A DNA stretch of 64,000 nucleotides from an uncultured Pirellulaceae bacterium (GCA_964384375.1 CAYLLN010000002.1:59248-123247), one strand, 5' to 3'; shown: positions 10,327 through 18,438, counted from the stretch's first letter. Numbers and translations are program-made. The notes: generated by a model from the letters alone, not told the origin.

Positions 10327-11540
10327 CACTGGCCTCCCGTCAATTCGCGGCCGGTGGCCAGGGCCCGGCATTCTTCGAGGAACTCGGCCCGGTCGGCCCC
10401 CCACGGATCGGCACTGTGATTGGCGTGATCCACGTCGGGGAAGTTTTCGCTGGTCGTGATCGAGCCATTCAGCCGGCCGACGCTGACCCAGAAGTTGTTG
10501 GGATCGCCGAGGTTCGAGTTGGCGGCGGTGATCGGCACTCCCGTCACATCCTGAGCCACCTTCTCCACGCGACCGATGAGAAAGTGCAGCGTTCCCAGGG
10601 GCGCATCACCGAAACCGCCGTCGAGCGAGACGCTTTTCACCGAGCCACCCGGCTCAAACAACAGCACGAGGCGGTTGTTGGCCGCGCCGAACTGCGTGCC
10701 GGTCGGTCCGTAACCGCTGTATTCGATGTCGATGCAGGTGCCTGCGGAAAGCTCCAGCGGATTGCCAACGCGCCGCGGCTGGCGAAGTATTTGATAGCGA
10801 AAGCCGTAGGACGCTCCGTTGCCAGCACCGGGGGGCTGCACGGAACTGGACGTTGGTCCGACGTAATAGAAGCGACTGGGATCGGGGTATGTCGCATTGC
10901 CGGTCAGCCCGCGAACGCAGCCGTACCAATCTCCCTTGAAATCGAACCGGACCATGAACGCTTCGCCCGGCTCGATGAGATTCTGCAGGTAAACAATTTC
11001 GTTGTTATCGGTGTCGATTCGACCGTCGGGCGGGCCGGGCAGCACGTCCGTGCCGGTTAGCGGAACGAATTGAAATGGATCGTTCGTGGGATCAGGTTCG
11101 CGGCGAATGATCGCCCGCGACGACGTGGTGCTGCCGGAATACGGCGCCTGCACCTCGGCCAGATAAATGCGGGTGACCTGGCGGACGAAGTTGCCGGGCG
11201 AGTCCACGTGTCCCACCGGCGCGTCGTATTCCATCCACAAACCGAACGGGCGGTTGTTGCGGGCGGCATAGGCGCGGGCCATCGCCAGGTGGCCGTTGAG
11301 CTGGCGACTTGCCTCGCGGGTCCGGTTGCTCTCCATCACGCTCTTGGCCACCGGCAGCGCTGCCGCGATGAGGATCAGGATGATCATCACCACGACGAGG
11401 AGCTCGACGAGCGTGTAGCCCGCGCGGGGCTGGATTGGCCCCAATGTCGCCGTTCGCTCCGCGAACGGGCGTGCTTCCCGACGTTCGTTCGCGGAGCGAA
11501 CGACGACAATCGAGCGGTCGTATTGGCAAGTGCTAAGCAT
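10326..11540 (-). CDS. prepilin-type N-terminal domain protein, large minor pseudopilin (GspI position)
   Basis: Motif PRAG-YTLVELLVVVMIILILIAAALP. ATG at 11540 overlaps the upstream stop (TAATG) but gives a 41-aa leader that spans a REP hairpin. An in-frame TTG at 11444 would give the leader MGPIQPRAG. Confidence 0.7.
   Translation of the reverse strand: MLSTCQYDRSIVVVRSANERREARPFAERTATLGPIQPRAGYTLVELLVVVMIILILIAAALPVAKSVMESNRTREASRQLNGHLAMARAYAARNNRPFGLWMEYDAPVGHVDSPGNFVRQVTRIYLAEVQAPYSGSTTSSRAIIRREPDPTNDPFQFVPLTGTDVLPGPPDGRIDTDNNEIVYLQNLIEPGEAFMVRFDFKGDWYGCVRGLTGNATYPDPSRFYYVGPTSSSVQPPGAGNGASYGFRYQILRQPRRVGNPLELSAGTCIDIEYSGYGPTGTQFGAANNRLVLLFEPGGSVKSVSLDGGFGDAPLGTLHFLIGRVEKVAQDVTGVPITAANSNLGDPNNFWVSVGRLNGSITTSENFPDVDHANHSADPWGADRAEFLEECRALATGRELTGGQ
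11452..11501. repeat. perfect 16-bp inverted repeat (REP-like hairpin)
   Basis: GTTCGCTCCGCGAACG (11452-11467) and CGTTCGCGGAGCGAAC (11486-11501) with an 18-nt loop. Lies in the leader region of the 10326-11540 gene. Confidence 0.85.
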
Positions 11541-12634
11541 TACTGCGGCTCGATGAAGTGGTTGGTGATGTTGTCGGCCCAGCTTTCGGTGCCATTACCG
11601 TCGCGGTCGCCGACGGTTCCGGGCAAATACCCGTCTGCAAAGACGTTGAACGGAAGCGGATAGTTGTTGTCGGTAGGAGGCATTCCCGGAACTGGGCAAT
11701 AACGGTGTGAGGGTGTTGGAGCGAGGTTATCGGTAAAGATATCAAACTCTTTATCGAGACCCGACGAAACAATCAGTGGCTTGAGCGCATATCGTGGACC
11801 GTCAACGCCCAGAGGATCAAACGGATCGGGTGCCTCTTGCGTATTGCGCGTCAGCAAAGTCGTGGACATAATGATGTCGTCGCTACCGGTGGCCAAATAC
11901 TCGCTGTAATCATCGGTGGTTGAATTTCCATCGTCGTCCGTCCCGGCCACGCCCCATTGGCTATCGGGACCCGGTTGTTGCTGCGTGTATCCCGCAGGCC
12001 AACGAATGAAGAGAATGGGGCGTCCAAAGCCGTCGAGAATCTCTTTCATTCCATCGCCATCGAGATCGCCGATCTCATCCGGCGTGAAGAAGTCGAGCGA
12101 GCTTTTGTCGCCGTCCTTCATCGTTGAGAGAATCAAATACAAACACTCCGATCCCTGTAAACCAACCGACCATCCGCCGGAATCCCAAGTCGCCCCTGCA
12201 TGACGGGCCGCTTGGCGGCGATAGCTATTTCGCAGCGAAGGCGATGCTAGAAAATCATTTTGTCCTACCGTCGGATTGATGTCGGCCGGAGGATCAACAA
12301 CATCACTGACTCGATCTGGGATTTCCATCCGCATCAAATCTCGAATCGCCAACAAGCGGACCTGCGCCGCGACCTGGGGACTAGTTCCTGCAGGAATTCG
12401 GAAAGGTATCGCCCGCGTGCGGTAGCTTTCGTAACGCTCCATGATGAGCGTGTCGATCTTGTTGATCTGCGAACGCGTGCGGGCGACGCGGGCGTCGTTG
12501 ACGGCGCTGACCAGGCCGGAGAGGGCGAGGCCCGCGAGGATGCTGATGATCGTGATGACGATCAGGAGCTCCATCAACGTAAAGGCGGAGCGGGACAATT
12601 TCGGATTTCGGATTTCAGATTTCGGATTGGGCAT
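11540..12634 (-). CDS. prepilin-type N-terminal domain protein, large GspG/H-like pseudopilin
   Basis: Leader MPNPKSEIRNPKLSRSA followed by FTLMELLIVITIISILAGLAL (Glu at +5). Contains DLDGDGMKEILDGFGRPILF, resembling the GspG DPWGNPY region with a Ca-site-like DxDxDG. An alternative in-frame TTG at 12598 would give the leader MSRSA. Confidence 0.75.
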   Translation of the reverse strand: MPNPKSEIRNPKLSRSAFTLMELLIVITIISILAGLALSGLVSAVNDARVARTRSQINKIDTLIMERYESYRTRAIPFRIPAGTSPQVAAQVRLLAIRDLMRMEIPDRVSDVVDPPADINPTVGQNDFLASPSLRNSYRRQAARHAGATWDSGGWSVGLQGSECLYLILSTMKDGDKSSLDFFTPDEIGDLDGDGMKEILDGFGRPILFIRWPAGYTQQQPGPDSQWGVAGTDDDGNSTTDDYSEYLATGSDDIIMSTTLLTRNTQEAPDPFDPLGVDGPRYALKPLIVSSGLDKEFDIFTDNLAPTPSHRYCPVPGMPPTDNNYPLPFNVFADGYLPGTVGDRDGNGTESWADNITNHFIEPQ

Positions 12635-12657
12635 GGCAGCACCCCGTCGCGAGGACC

Positions 12658-12672
12658 GCGACCACTGGTCGC
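12658..12672. repeat. module B palindrome GCGACCACTGGTCGC
   Basis: Located in the 49-nt gap between two pseudopilin genes. Same palindrome family as at 2839, 2879 and 3504. Confidence 0.8.
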
Positions 12673-12683
12673 GGCTATGTGTG

Positions 12684-13631
12684 TTACGGGATGTGGTCTT
12701 CGAGACGGCGGCCTTCGCTGAAGTTCGTCATGTTGTCCCGGTCGCCGTCTTGATACGGTCCGCCGCCGCCGGGAAAGAACTTGATCGCAGCAGGCGAGGC
12801 ATCGAGGCCGAAATCGCCGTCTTGGCCAGCGCAGAGTATCTGGAACGTTGTCGGATTCATCTGCTTGTATTGCTGGCCAATCGGCAGCGAGGTATCCGTG
12901 CTGGCCTTGTTTTCCGACCAATACGGCCTGGCATAGTAGCCATCGGCGTTATTGCCATCGGCGTAAGCAGCGTAGTTGCGGTCCGTAAAGTCCGAAACGA
13001 AGTAGTTGTAGGCCCGGCTGTCGATGTAGATGTAGCACGTGTCTTTGGAATAGAGTGCGCGATAGGCCGGGAATTGGTCCGTGTCGCTCGCGTTTACAAA
13101 GCGATCTTCCTTGAACGGATAGAGCTTCTCGGGCGACTTGGACGCGAGCAATGCATCTTGGGCCGTTGTCACTTGATAGGTGTCGGCATTATTGAGGCCA
13201 TCTGCCGCTTTGAAGGGATAACGCGGGTCGTTGTCCACCAGGTAGAGCCAGAAAACGAGCGATTCTCCTTCGTCGAGCAGCGGAACTGCCGTCACGGGCG
13301 GGGGATTCGCCGTGGTGTAGTTCACGTCGTTCCAAATCGTCCCGATCACATCATTCAAATGGTTCTTGTCGATCTTCGGATAACATTTTTGAACGTGACG
13401 AATGAACTGGTTATAGACGCGGAAGTTCGGCGGGTAGTCGCCTCGCTTCTGCTTGTATTGCTCCACGGCCTTGTCGAGCGCTGAAATCTCCGCCCCAATC
13501 GCCGCGCGGCGGGCGTTGTTCACTGCCGACATGACCGCCGGCATGAGCAGGGCGACGAGGACGGCGATGATGCCCAGGACCACGAGCATTTCGACCAGCG
13601 TGAAGCCGCGAAGGGATCGGTTGGCGGACAT
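12684..13631 (-). CDS. GspG-like major pseudopilin candidate with long C-terminal extension (315 aa)
   Basis: Leader MSANRSLRG followed by FTLVEMLVVLGIIAVLVALLMPAV, then ISALDKAVEQYKQKRGDYPP, which matches the GspG pattern L..AL..Y..D.G.YP. It is the first pilin gene after gspF, as in T2SS operons. Confidence 0.75.
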   Translation of the reverse strand: MSANRSLRGFTLVEMLVVLGIIAVLVALLMPAVMSAVNNARRAAIGAEISALDKAVEQYKQKRGDYPPNFRVYNQFIRHVQKCYPKIDKNHLNDVIGTIWNDVNYTTANPPPVTAVPLLDEGESLVFWLYLVDNDPRYPFKAADGLNNADTYQVTTAQDALLASKSPEKLYPFKEDRFVNASDTDQFPAYRALYSKDTCYIYIDSRAYNYFVSDFTDRNYAAYADGNNADGYYARPYWSENKASTDTSLPIGQQYKQMNPTTFQILCAGQDGDFGLDASPAAIKFFPGGGGPYQDGDRDNMTNFSEGRRLEDHIP

Positions 13632-13642
13632 GGCGGAAATTC

Positions 13643-13669
13643 CAGGAGTCAGGGGACAGGAGTCAGGGG
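13643..13669. repeat. word tandem repeat (CAGGAGTCAGGGG x2) abutting a start codon
   Basis: CAGGAGTCAGGGGACAGGAGTCAGGGG lies 12 nt from the ATG at 13631 (minus-strand gene). Confidence 0.75.
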
Positions 13670-13691
13670 TGGTCAGACACCCTCACCCCAG

Positions 13692-13712
13692 CCCTCTCCC
13701 AAAGGGAGAGGG
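13692..13712 (-). promoter_or_regulatory. intercistronic stem-loop (perfect 9-bp stem, 3-nt loop) between gspF and the major pseudopilin
   Basis: CCCTCTCCC-AAA-GGGAGAGGG. No U-tract follows on the minus strand, so it is not a classical intrinsic terminator. Confidence 0.4.
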
Positions 13713-13732
13713 AGGAGGACGGTGGCAACTCA

Positions 13733-15145
13733 CTAGCTCAAGCCTTGGATGAGCGAAATGAGCGGGAGGAACAGGGCGATGACGATGAAGCCGACCGCAC
13801 CGCCGAGAAAGACGATGAGGAGAGGCTCGATCAATTTCATGAGGCCGTCGGTGAGCGTGGTCACTTCCTCGTCGAAGAGGTCGGCGACCTTGTAGAGCAT
13901 CGTGTCGAGCTCGCCCGTTTCTTCGCCGACGTCGACCATGTTCACGACCAGTTCATCGACGAACCGGGCGTTCATTTTCAAGAGGTACCAGCAGCAACCG
14001 AGAAAACCGGCGCCAAACAGACCCAACATGAGCCATTGCAAGCCGATCTGCGCGATCATCCCCGGCATCGACATGATGATGAGCGGGACCAGCGCCCCGC
14101 TCATGAACCAAAGGAAAAGGGCGACGGGATGAAAGCCGGGGCGGCCGTTGGCGGCCATCGGCCGGGCGATCGTTTCGCCCTCGCGGATGGCGTCGGAGAC
14201 TTTGCCGTACATCCGCTCGAAGACGGCATTGCCGGCCGTTTCGCGGGTGATGTTCAGCCCTTCGAGAATGGGGACGCCGGAGGAGACGAGCGTGCCGAGG
14301 GTACGCGTCGTGCGGGCCATCGTGTTCTTCTCGATGAGCATGCCGATGATGGGCCATTTGAGGACGAACATGTCCCAGCCCATGCGGCCGTGCTTGAACT
14401 TTTTGAGGAGCTTGACAAACAGCCAGATCACGACCGGGATGAGGGGGATCGAGAACCAGCCGTATTTGACGACCCAGTTGGAGATGTTGATGAGGATGAC
14501 CGTCATGACGGGGAGCTTGAGGCCGAACTCCTCGAACATCTTTTGGAAGACGGGGACGATCTTGAGCATGATGAACGTGAGGATGCCGACGGCGACGAGG
14601 ATGACGACGATCGGGTAGATCATCGCCCCCTTCACTTTGCGTTTGAGTGATTCGCTCCGTTCGAGAAACTCGGAGAGGCGACGGAGAATGACTTCCAGAG
14701 CGCCGCCCGCCTCGCCCGCCTTGATCATGTTGATGTAAAGGCGGTTGAAGACCTTGGGAGATTTGGCCATCGCCTCGGAGAGCGTGGCCCCCGATTCGAT
14801 TTCGTCGCCGACGTCGGCGATGGCGTTTTTCAGGCGGCCAGGCTTTTGCTGTGCTTCCAGAATGCGGAGGCTGCGGAGAATCGGCAGGCCGGCATCCTGT
14901 AGAATCGAGAGCTGCTTGGTGAAAAGCGCGAGCTTTTTGGAGCTGGCGCCGCCAAAGGACATGCTCCGTTTCTTTTTGCCGCCGGCCATGCCGGGCTTGG
15001 CCTGCCCCTTCTTCACAGAGATCTTGGTGACGAAGTAGCCCATTTGGCGAATGGTCGCCTGGGCTTCTTCTTCGCTCTGGGCGTCGATCACATCCTTGAT
15101 CTCCTGGCCCGTCGCGTCCATCGCTTCGAATTGATAAGTCGGCAT
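13733..15145 (-). CDS. gspF: type II secretion / type IV pilus platform protein GspF/PilC family
   Basis: MPTYQFEAMDATGQEIKDVIDA... N-terminus. Two T2SSF repeats (KQLSILQDAGLPILRSL and RTLGTLVSSGVPILEGL). VGEETGELDTML motif. 470 aa because of an extra hydrophobic insertion. Confidence 0.9.
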   Translation of the reverse strand: MPTYQFEAMDATGQEIKDVIDAQSEEEAQATIRQMGYFVTKISVKKGQAKPGMAGGKKKRSMSFGGASSKKLALFTKQLSILQDAGLPILRSLRILEAQQKPGRLKNAIADVGDEIESGATLSEAMAKSPKVFNRLYINMIKAGEAGGALEVILRRLSEFLERSESLKRKVKGAMIYPIVVILVAVGILTFIMLKIVPVFQKMFEEFGLKLPVMTVILINISNWVVKYGWFSIPLIPVVIWLFVKLLKKFKHGRMGWDMFVLKWPIIGMLIEKNTMARTTRTLGTLVSSGVPILEGLNITRETAGNAVFERMYGKVSDAIREGETIARPMAANGRPGFHPVALFLWFMSGALVPLIIMSMPGMIAQIGLQWLMLGLFGAGFLGCCWYLLKMNARFVDELVVNMVDVGEETGELDTMLYKVADLFDEEVTTLTDGLMKLIEPLLIVFLGGAVGFIVIALFLPLISLIQGLS

Positions 15146-15157
15146 TGCGCGTCTCCG

Positions 15158-15222
15158 TCACTTGTCACTTGTCATTGGTCATTGGTCACTTGCAATTAAA
15201 AATGACAAATGACTAATGACTG
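15158..15222. repeat. word repeats forming an imperfect hairpin between gspE and gspF
   Basis: GTCACTTGTCACTTGTCATTGGTCATTGGTCACTTG...AAATGACAAATGACTAATGAC. The 19-nt CTTGTCACTTGTCATTGGT (15161-15179) recurs at 41988-42006. Confidence 0.8.
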
Positions 15223-15224
15223 TC

Positions 15225-16943
15225 TTAGGCTTCTAGGATCGTTTCTCGAACCACTTCGTCCAGCGTCGTCGTGCCTTCGAAGGCGAAGTTCAATCCCGCT
15301 TCACGGAGCGAGACCATACCAGCACTCTGAGCTGCCTTGCGGAGGTCGTCGATCGAGGCGTTGTTCATCACCAGGTCGCGCAGCTCGTCGTTCATCAGCA
15401 TCAGCTCGAAGAGGCCGACGCGACCCTTGTAGCCCGTGTTGTTGCAGACTTCGCAGCCGCGGCCGCGGAAGACCTTTTTGCCGATCATCTCCTCGACCTT
15501 CTTGCCCAGGTCCAGGAGGAGTTCTTCCGACGGCGTGACTTCCTCGCGGCATTGGCTGCAGACGCGGCGGACGAGGCGCTGGGCGAGAATTGCCTCGACG
15601 GTGGCCGTGATGAGGAACGTGGGGACGCCCATGTCCTTCATGCGGGTGATCGTGCTCGGGGCGTCGTTGGTGTGCAGCGTGCTGAATACCATGTGGCCGG
15701 TGAGCGAGGCCTGCACGGCGATTTGCGCCGTCTCCAGATCGCGGATTTCGCCGACGAGGATGATGTCGGGGTCTTGCCGCAGAATGGCCCGGAGGCAGGC
15801 GGCAAAGGTGACGTCGATCTCGGCATCGATGGGAATCTGTACGATGCCGTCGATGTCGTATTCGACGGGGTCCTCGGTGGTAATGAGCTTGTCTTCGAGG
15901 CTGTTGAGCTCGCTGAGGGCGGAATAGAGCGTGGTTGTTTTGCCCGAACCGGTGGGCCCGGTGACGAGCACAATGCCGTTGGGGCGAGCGATGACTTCGC
16001 GGAAGGCCTTGAGCGTGGGGGGGTCCATGCCGACCTTGCCCAAGTTGAGCGAAACGACCGAGCGATCGAGCACCCGGATAACGACGCTTTCGCCGAACAT
16101 CGTGGGGAGAACTGCGACGCGGAGATCGACGGGGTGGCCGCCGACCGTGAGCTCGATGCGACCGTCCTGCGGGAGGCGGCGCTCGGCAATATCGAGGTTC
16201 GCCATCACTTTGATGCGGGTCGTAATGGCAAACGCCAGGTGGCGCGGCGGCGGCACCATTTCGAACAGCACGCCGTCGGCTTTGATGCGAATGCGGAATT
16301 CGTCCTCGAAAGGCTCGAAGTGGATGTCGCTGGCGTGATCCTTGATCGCCAGGAGGAGCACCATGTTGAGGAGCTTGCGGACGGGAGCGCTGTCGGCCAG
16401 GGCCTCGACATCGGCGAGTTCCATCGGCTTGCCCGCCTCCAGGGCGCTCATCGTCTTCTTCAGGGTCGCGTCCTCTTCGATATCGGTGATGATCTTTTCG
16501 ATCGTGTCCTTCTCGGACGAGTAGTACTTGTCGATCGTCTTCATGACGTCGGTTTCGCCGGCGATCACGACCTTGACCTCGTGCCCGAGGAGCGAACGCA
16601 GCTCATCCTGAATCGTGATGTTCTGCGGATCGCACGTGGCGACGGTGAGGCGATTCCCCTCAAAGTGGATCGGGATGGCGCGGTAGAGCTGGGCCATCGA
16701 CTCGGTCACCCGCTTGAGCACGTCGTGCGGGATCGTCATCTCGCCGAGATCGACGATCTGCATCCCCATCTGCTCGGAAAGGGCCTGCACGAGCTGCTCT
16801 TCGGTGAGCATGTTCAGGTCTTGGGCGAGCTTGCCGATCAGCGTGCCGGGGCGCTGCTGCTGCTCTTCGAGCAACATCTGGAGTTGCTCGTCGGAGATGA
16901 AGCCCATATCGACGAAGATTTGACCGATGCGACGGATAGCCAT
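15225..16943 (-). CDS. gspE: GspE/PilB-type assembly ATPase with MshEN-like N-terminal domain
   Basis: Walker A GPTGSGKTTT. Asp box and His box (LTGHMVFSTLHTNDAPS). Tetracysteine CSQC...CEVC. N-terminus RIGQIFVDMGFISDEQLQMLLEEQ. Confidence 0.92.
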   Translation of the reverse strand: MAIRRIGQIFVDMGFISDEQLQMLLEEQQQRPGTLIGKLAQDLNMLTEEQLVQALSEQMGMQIVDLGEMTIPHDVLKRVTESMAQLYRAIPIHFEGNRLTVATCDPQNITIQDELRSLLGHEVKVVIAGETDVMKTIDKYYSSEKDTIEKIITDIEEDATLKKTMSALEAGKPMELADVEALADSAPVRKLLNMVLLLAIKDHASDIHFEPFEDEFRIRIKADGVLFEMVPPPRHLAFAITTRIKVMANLDIAERRLPQDGRIELTVGGHPVDLRVAVLPTMFGESVVIRVLDRSVVSLNLGKVGMDPPTLKAFREVIARPNGIVLVTGPTGSGKTTTLYSALSELNSLEDKLITTEDPVEYDIDGIVQIPIDAEIDVTFAACLRAILRQDPDIILVGEIRDLETAQIAVQASLTGHMVFSTLHTNDAPSTITRMKDMGVPTFLITATVEAILAQRLVRRVCSQCREEVTPSEELLLDLGKKVEEMIGKKVFRGRGCEVCNNTGYKGRVGLFELMLMNDELRDLVMNNASIDDLRKAAQSAGMVSLREAGLNFAFEGTTTLDEVVRETILEA

Positions 16944-16948
16944 GGGAG

Positions 16949-17056
16949 CAGGGTTCAGGGTTCAGGGTTCAGAAGTTGCAGGTCGGAGGTCGGAAGTCAG
17001 AGGTCTGATGGCGATTGAATGTCTCAAATCTGAAATCTGCAATTTGAAATCTGAAA
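16949..17056. repeat. three word-repeat blocks filling the pilT-gspE intergenic region
   Basis: CAGGGTTCAGGGTTCAGGGTTCAGA (16949-16973, identical to 60215-60239). GGTCGGAGGTCGGAAGTCAGAGGTC (16981-17005). CAAATCTGAAATCTGCAATTTGAAATCTGAAATT (17025-17056). Confidence 0.9.
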
Positions 17057-18214
17057 TTAGTGGCCGCCGTGGCCGCCGCCGGGTTTGGGGGCGGCGTTCA
17101 GGTCTTCGCCCGGCTTCATACCCGCGTTGGGGTCTTCCATGATGCCGCGTTGGTGATTGACGATCCGTTTGGCGAGTTCGTCCGGATTGTGGGCTTTCGA
17201 CAGGACTTCCTCGATGACGCACTTCTCTTCCTTCCAGAGCTTGAAGAGGGCGTCGTCCATGAGCTGCATGCCGAATTTGGCCCCGGTCTGAATCGCCGAG
17301 TTGATGCGGAATGTTTTGTTCTCGCGGATCAGGTTCGCGATGCCGGGCGTAACGACGAGGATTTCGTACGCGGCACAGCGGCCGCCGCCGACCTTGGGAA
17401 GAAGCGTTTGTGCGACAACGCCGATGATCGCCGTGGAAAGCTGCGTGCGGATCTGGTCCTGCAAGTTGCCGGGGAAGGCGTCGATGATGCGGTTGATGGT
17501 GCCCTGGGCGCTGTTCGTGTGCAGCGTGCCGAAGACGATGTGCCCCGTTTCGGCGGCGGTAATGGCCGATTCGATCGTTTCCAGGTCGCGCATTTCGCCG
17601 ACGAGGATCACGTCCGGGTCTTGGCGGAGGGCGCGGCGAATCGCCTCGGAAAAGCTCGGCACATCGACGCCGATCTCGCGCTGGTTGATCGTCGATTTTT
17701 TGTGCCAGTGATAAAACTCGATCGGATCTTCGATTGTGATGATGTGGTGATCGACGTTCTCGTTGATGTAGTTGACGAGGCTGGCCAGGGTGGTGCTCTT
17801 GCCCGAGCCGGTGGGGCCGGTGACCAGGAACAGACCGCGGGGGCGAAGGACGAGCTTCACGCAGACGTCGGGCAGGCCGAGCTGCTGCGGCGTGAGCATG
17901 TTGTTCGGAATCTGCCGCAGCACCATCGAGACATTGCCGCGCTGCTTGAAGATCGAAACGCGGAAGCGGGCCAGGTCGCCGAACGCAAAGCCAAAGTCGG
18001 CGCTCCCCTTTTCCTGCAGCTCCTTCTGGCAGCGGTCGGGTGCGATGCTCTTCATCAGAGCCACGGTGTCGTCGGGCTCGAGCACCTTCGTTTCGAGCTT
18101 GCGCATGCGGCCGTGCAGTCGGAAGACCGGCGGCTGGCCGACGACGATGTGAATATCGCTGGCTCCCTGCTTCACGCAGGCTTGGAGCAGCTTATCGATG
18201 AGAATGGTGGCCAT
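17057..18214 (-). CDS. pilT: PilT-type twitching-motility (retraction) ATPase
   Basis: MATILIDKLLQACVKQGASDIHI N-terminus. Walker A GPTGSGKSTT. GHIVFGTLHTNSA. PilT signature variant GIANLIRENK. No N-terminal T2SSE_N domain. Gly/His-rich C-terminal tail. Confidence 0.92.
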   Translation of the reverse strand: MATILIDKLLQACVKQGASDIHIVVGQPPVFRLHGRMRKLETKVLEPDDTVALMKSIAPDRCQKELQEKGSADFGFAFGDLARFRVSIFKQRGNVSMVLRQIPNNMLTPQQLGLPDVCVKLVLRPRGLFLVTGPTGSGKSTTLASLVNYINENVDHHIITIEDPIEFYHWHKKSTINQREIGVDVPSFSEAIRRALRQDPDVILVGEMRDLETIESAITAAETGHIVFGTLHTNSAQGTINRIIDAFPGNLQDQIRTQLSTAIIGVVAQTLLPKVGGGRCAAYEILVVTPGIANLIRENKTFRINSAIQTGAKFGMQLMDDALFKLWKEEKCVIEEVLSKAHNPDELAKRIVNHQRGIMEDPNAGMKPGEDLNAAPKPGGGHGGH

Positions 18215-18438
18215 GAGCGATCCCCACGGAGCGAGCGCGACATACCACGTGCGAAGACATCTCGCGCGGCGGCGGCACTAGAACCCGTGTATGTGAACGA
18301 AAGGTGCGGGAGCGATGAAGATCGCACACCCACAGCGTGTCGTTGTGCTTCAGCTAGAGGTCTGTTCCGAACTCTGAGCAAATCCAGGGGGGGCAGCGAA
18401 TCGTGATGGGATGAAATAAAGGAAGAGTCCGCCTGCAA

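Noticed and set aside
9157-17056. Short tandem repeats considered as possible CRISPR arrays
   Set aside because: Units are only 6-13 nt, directly adjacent with no spacers, and arrays are under 110 nt. No cas genes are present. They are not CRISPR.
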